Source: an uncultured delta proteobacterium
Lineage (GTDB): Bacteria > Desulfobacterota > Binatia > UBA9968
Assembly (NCBI GenBank): GCA_963745035.1
Contig: CAVUVW010000013.1
Coordinates: forward strand, 896,001-960,000
DNA: 64,000 nucleotides
Direction of reading: 5' to 3'
The notes beneath the pieces are model-generated. The model was not told where the DNA came from. It worked only from the letters and a program-made list of their open reading frames with translations, and searched no databases. Position 1 is the stretch's first letter. The number at the start of each line of letters is the position of its first letter. The position numbers and the translations under genes were made by a program. Of this stretch, positions 60,752-64,000 are shown in pieces.

Positions 60752-61807
60752 TTACCGATCCGGCAACCGATCTCCACCGGCGATCTTGTTGAAGAGGGCG
60801 ATCACCTCGGGTTCGCGTGGAACTTCCTGGATGACTTTGTGAAGTTCCTCGGGCATGAGCGGCGTCGGATCTTCGCCGACGAGCTTCCGAAACATTGGCG
60901 GAAAGGCCGGGTCGTTCAGCGCTTTGCGCATCGCCGCCTGCAAGATCTCGACGCGGTCGCGGGGCGTATTCGGCGGCAGCACGATCGCCGAACCGCCGAG
61001 GCGGATAGCGCGCTGGAGCTCCAGCACCTTCCGCTCTCGCTCCGACTTGGCGAACGTCTCGAGCTCCGGCAAATGCGCGAAGCGTGGATGGCGATTTCCC
61101 CGCGGAGTTTCGAGCACGGCGTGAAAATCGACGAGGCCTTTGTCGATCCATTCCGGCGTTCGTTGGACCACGGACGCAATCAAGCTCGATCGCGCATCCA
61201 CCTCGCCGCGCAGCAGAGCTAGATCCACCTCGGGCCCCGAGTAGCCGACTACCATGCGCGGATCCTTCAGGCCCAGGAAGAACGCGAACAGCCTGCCGGT
61301 AATATAAATATTGTGCCCGATGGACTGCGCGCCGATCCTCAATCCCGCCGCGGCTCGGAGCTTCTCGAGTTGGGTCAGACCGATTTCCTTTCGCGTCGAA
61401 AAAATATGCTGCGTCGTGGCATCCGACGAGCCGAGATAGATAAACTTGTTGAGGTCATAGAGCACGCCCGATTCGCCCTGGATCGCCGCGGCCAGGAGCG
61501 TGGTTCCCATACTGCCGATCGTCAGACCGTCCGGCTTCACCGTACGGAAAACATGATTGGCCGCTTTGCGCCCTCCGCCGCCGGGCATGTACTCGACAAC
61601 GACGGTCGGACTGCCGGGAATATGTTTCTGCAGATACGGAACCAGCGACTTGACCCGGATATCGCTCGTGCCGCCGGCGTCGCTGCTGACGATGACGGTG
61701 ATCGTCTTGCCTTGATAAAACGGCGCCTGCGCATAAACAGATACGGCCGGCAAGACGATCAGCAGCAGAGCCGACGCCAGCCAGCGCAAAAAGTTTCCCA
61801 ATCGCAT
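60752..61807 (-). CDS. TctC/Bug-like substrate-binding protein
   Basis: QAPFYQGK, YMPGGGGRKA, PDGLTIG. Confidence 0.87.
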   Translation of the reverse strand: MRLGNFLRWLASALLLIVLPAVSVYAQAPFYQGKTITVIVSSDAGGTSDIRVKSLVPYLQKHIPGSPTVVVEYMPGGGGRKAANHVFRTVKPDGLTIGSMGTTLLAAAIQGESGVLYDLNKFIYLGSSDATTQHIFSTRKEIGLTQLEKLRAAAGLRIGAQSIGHNIYITGRLFAFFLGLKDPRMVVGYSGPEVDLALLRGEVDARSSLIASVVQRTPEWIDKGLVDFHAVLETPRGNRHPRFAHLPELETFAKSERERKVLELQRAIRLGGSAIVLPPNTPRDRVEILQAAMRKALNDPAFPPMFRKLVGEDPTPLMPEELHKVIQEVPREPEVIALFNKIAGGDRLPDR

Positions 61808-62154
61808 CTTACGCCCTCCGTGGGCTGCACGACGGCGATGGCCCTTCGCCTCGAAATTCGACCATGACTTTGCCCGTTTGCTCGTCAGCCGGAGTCTGCT
61901 CACCGCTGTGCAAAAAAACAATCTCGCTCGCGCGACGCCGCTGAGGCCGCCTCTATCACAGGTCAAGCAGCCAAGTCTATGGACTGTTCAAGGCGATGGA
62001 AAGCCCTCCAAACATAGACGTTGCCGGCGAGCATCAATGTCACGCGCGCAGTTTGCACTGCGCTATAGACGGCATGGAACGCGGATGCGATACTGCTCGC
62101 GGGCAAACAGAGCATGAGCTCAACGGAGGACGCAAGTAATTACAGGAGCTAACC

Positions 62155-62301
62155 ATGCCAGGCTTTTCCCAGACAACCTACGAGAACTTGATCATCGAGC
62201 GCAGTGAAACGCAGAAGCGGCTGTTCGCGCAATACAGCGGCAGCGATCCTCATTTCGACATCGTCATTGTCGGCTCCGGGATGCGACGGCCTATTTCTTA
62301 G
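62155..62301 (+). pseudogene. N-terminal fragment of FAD-dependent (GMC-like) oxidoreductase
   Basis: AGGAG RBS; MPGFSQTTYENL...FDIVIVGSGM breaks within the GxGxxG motif. Confidence 0.65.
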
Positions 62302-62444
62302 AGCATGCCCGCAAGCGAGCTCCGACGCGTCCATCCGTCGTTAGCGCCGACGCCCTTTGAGCCACTGTCTCGCGACGAGTGATTCATGAGCTTACGCTCG
62401 CCTGCTGAGAATGAAGGGGGAGTTCTCCAGGCTTCCACGTTACT

Positions 62445-62521
62445 CGCAATACCGCGCACGCGGAATCCAGGTTTATTCTCCGGCCCAATTAGCCTGGATA
62501 CCCGCTTGCGCGGGTATGACG
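62445..62521. repeat. GTCAT-type REP palindrome pair
   Basis: CCGCGCACGCGGAATCCAGG ... CCTGGATACCCGCTTGCGCGGGTATGAC. Confidence 0.7.
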
Positions 62522-62696
62522 GAGGGCAGCACTAGCGTACGTATCGGGAGCCTTATGTAGGGATCAGCGATCGGCAATTTTCGAAGGAGGGCTTTCCCAT
62601 ATTTACGGGAAACCAAAAAACGTCATGCCTTAGTAAATTACTGCGCAGCGCGGATGGGCCAAGAAACAACCTACGGCGGTTGATCGACCGGAATAT

Positions 62697-63644
62697 TCAG
62701 GCGCGCTTTTTCGAGCTTTGTTTTCTTGTGGGCGGCGCCAAAAACACGAGCGCGCCGGGATCGACTTTAATCGTGATCGCATGCGATTTGACCGGCAAGG
62801 GCTTGTGCGCGTCGGGCCAGCGCATATCGTCGATGTGAACCGGAGAGCCCTTCCACTCGATCTGGAGATGGCGGCCTTGGCGGCGGCGTGACTTCAGCGC
62901 CGCAGCGGCACCGCCCATCCGCTCCTTCAGGTATTTGTTGAGATCGGCTCGTTTGCCGTAGGGAACCGCAACAATATCCAAAAACCCGTCTTGCGTATCC
63001 GCCTCCGGAGCCAAATTGAGATTCGGTCCGATGAATCTCACGTTCAACGCTTCCAGAAGAACGTATTGGCCTGAAAGATCCTCGCCGTCCAGACGGACCG
63101 TCACCGGACTGGATTTGAATTTGCGGAGCCGCCCTCTGAGCATATCGAGGACCGCGTTCAGCTCTTCCTCGGGATCGTTCGCGTGGGCTAGCTCTTTTCC
63201 ATTCGAAGCTTCGAGCTGAAACATGGTCTCGGCGAATAGTCCGAGTCCAAAGCCTTCGATAAAGTGCGTCGATCCCCACGGGCCTTTCGCCACCCCTGCG
63301 TCGAAATGCACGCTTCGCGCGGCTTTCCATGCCGAGACGAGGTTCTTCGGCTTGCGCTCCGCTATGCCCAGCGAGGAGGCGATATTATTCGCCGTGCCCA
63401 TCGGGATTATCGCGATCGGCGTCGGGCTGCCGATCAACCGCCTCGCCACTTTATTCACGGTCCCATCGCCTCCGGCAACGGCAACCACATCGCCGGGGTC
63501 TTTCAAAATTTTATGCCACTTTTTCTCTTTGGAGGATTGATATTCTACTTTGTGTCCCGCTGCTCGCAGGATCTCCACAAGTTCATCACGAGAGGGTTGC
63601 TTTCCTTTGCCTGCTGCCGGGTTATGAATCAGCGTTATCTTGAT
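62697..63644 (-). CDS. Diacylglycerol/lipid kinase family protein, probable ATC start
   Basis: IHNPAAG, AGGDGT, PMGTANN, A...DG.LD, HIDD. Confidence 0.85.
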   Translation of the reverse strand: MKITLIHNPAAGKGKQPSRDELVEILRAAGHKVEYQSSKEKKWHKILKDPGDVVAVAGGDGTVNKVARRLIGSPTPIAIIPMGTANNIASSLGIAERKPKNLVSAWKAARSVHFDAGVAKGPWGSTHFIEGFGLGLFAETMFQLEASNGKELAHANDPEEELNAVLDMLRGRLRKFKSSPVTVRLDGEDLSGQYVLLEALNVRFIGPNLNLAPEADTQDGFLDIVAVPYGKRADLNKYLKERMGGAAAALKSRRRQGRHLQIEWKGSPVHIDDMRWPDAHKPLPVKSHAITIKVDPGALVFLAPPTRKQSSKKRA

Positions 63645-63663
63645 GGGCGCGCTCCTTTATTTG

Positions 63664-64000
63664 TTAATCAGAATCGGCTGCGGCAAAAGCGTACGGGAAG
63701 TCATCGGTCGGACAATTGTGCCACGCCGACTTACCCACCCCGGAGGAGGAAGAGGATCGTTCCTCAGCCTGCAGCATTTCATAAAACCGTTCTTGGAATC
63801 GAAAGGCAGGACGATCGTCCCTGCCGACACGGATGTAACTGCCATCCGGTTGCAGCGACCACCCTTTCGCGTTTTCGGCGAGCTGCAGCTCCAAAATCTC
63901 TTTCAACTTCGACTGCAGCCGGGGTTCGATCACCGGAAAGGCAATTTCGATCCGCCGGTCAAAATTGCGCGGCATCCAGTCCGCCGACGCGAGCCAAAAG
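63664..64000 (-). CDS. ppk1: Polyphosphate kinase 1, C-terminal part (starts beyond window)
   Basis: SADWMPRNFDRRIEIAFPV...W.L.PDG.Y. Confidence 0.92.
   Translation of the reverse strand, partial: FWLASADWMPRNFDRRIEIAFPVIEPRLQSKLKEILELQLAENAKGWSLQPDGSYIRVGRDDRPAFRFQERFYEMLQAEERSSSSSGVGKSAWHNCPTDDFPYAFAAADSD

Overview
GC-rich (~58-60%, by eye) bacterial chromosomal segment. The gene style suggests Candidatus Binatia or a related deltaproteobacterial lineage (inference). It holds about 15 orphan periplasmic binding proteins (NMT1/THI5-like, Fe3+/SBP_bac-like, TctC/Bug) with no permease or ATPase. Around them are catabolic enzymes: a Rieske dioxygenase alpha/beta pair, 4,5-dihydroxyphthalate-decarboxylase-like proteins, LLM, VOC, amidohydrolases, a ThDP decarboxylase and atypical SDRs. 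There is also an rpoZ / RRM / CarD-like cluster, and ppk1 at the right edge. The best finding is a secreted rhodanese whose catalytic Cys position is an in-frame TGA followed by an fdhF-like SECIS hairpin, i.e. a probable selenoprotein that the ORF track truncates. Other signals: a probable ATC start codon, a DnaA-box cluster away from dnaA, a ~23-nt module nested in three different intergenic repeats, local gene-end duplications, gene debris, and a series of +1 frameshifts that are probably sequencing errors. No rRNA, tRNA or CRISPR array was seen. All calls come from reading the sequence; no searches were run.
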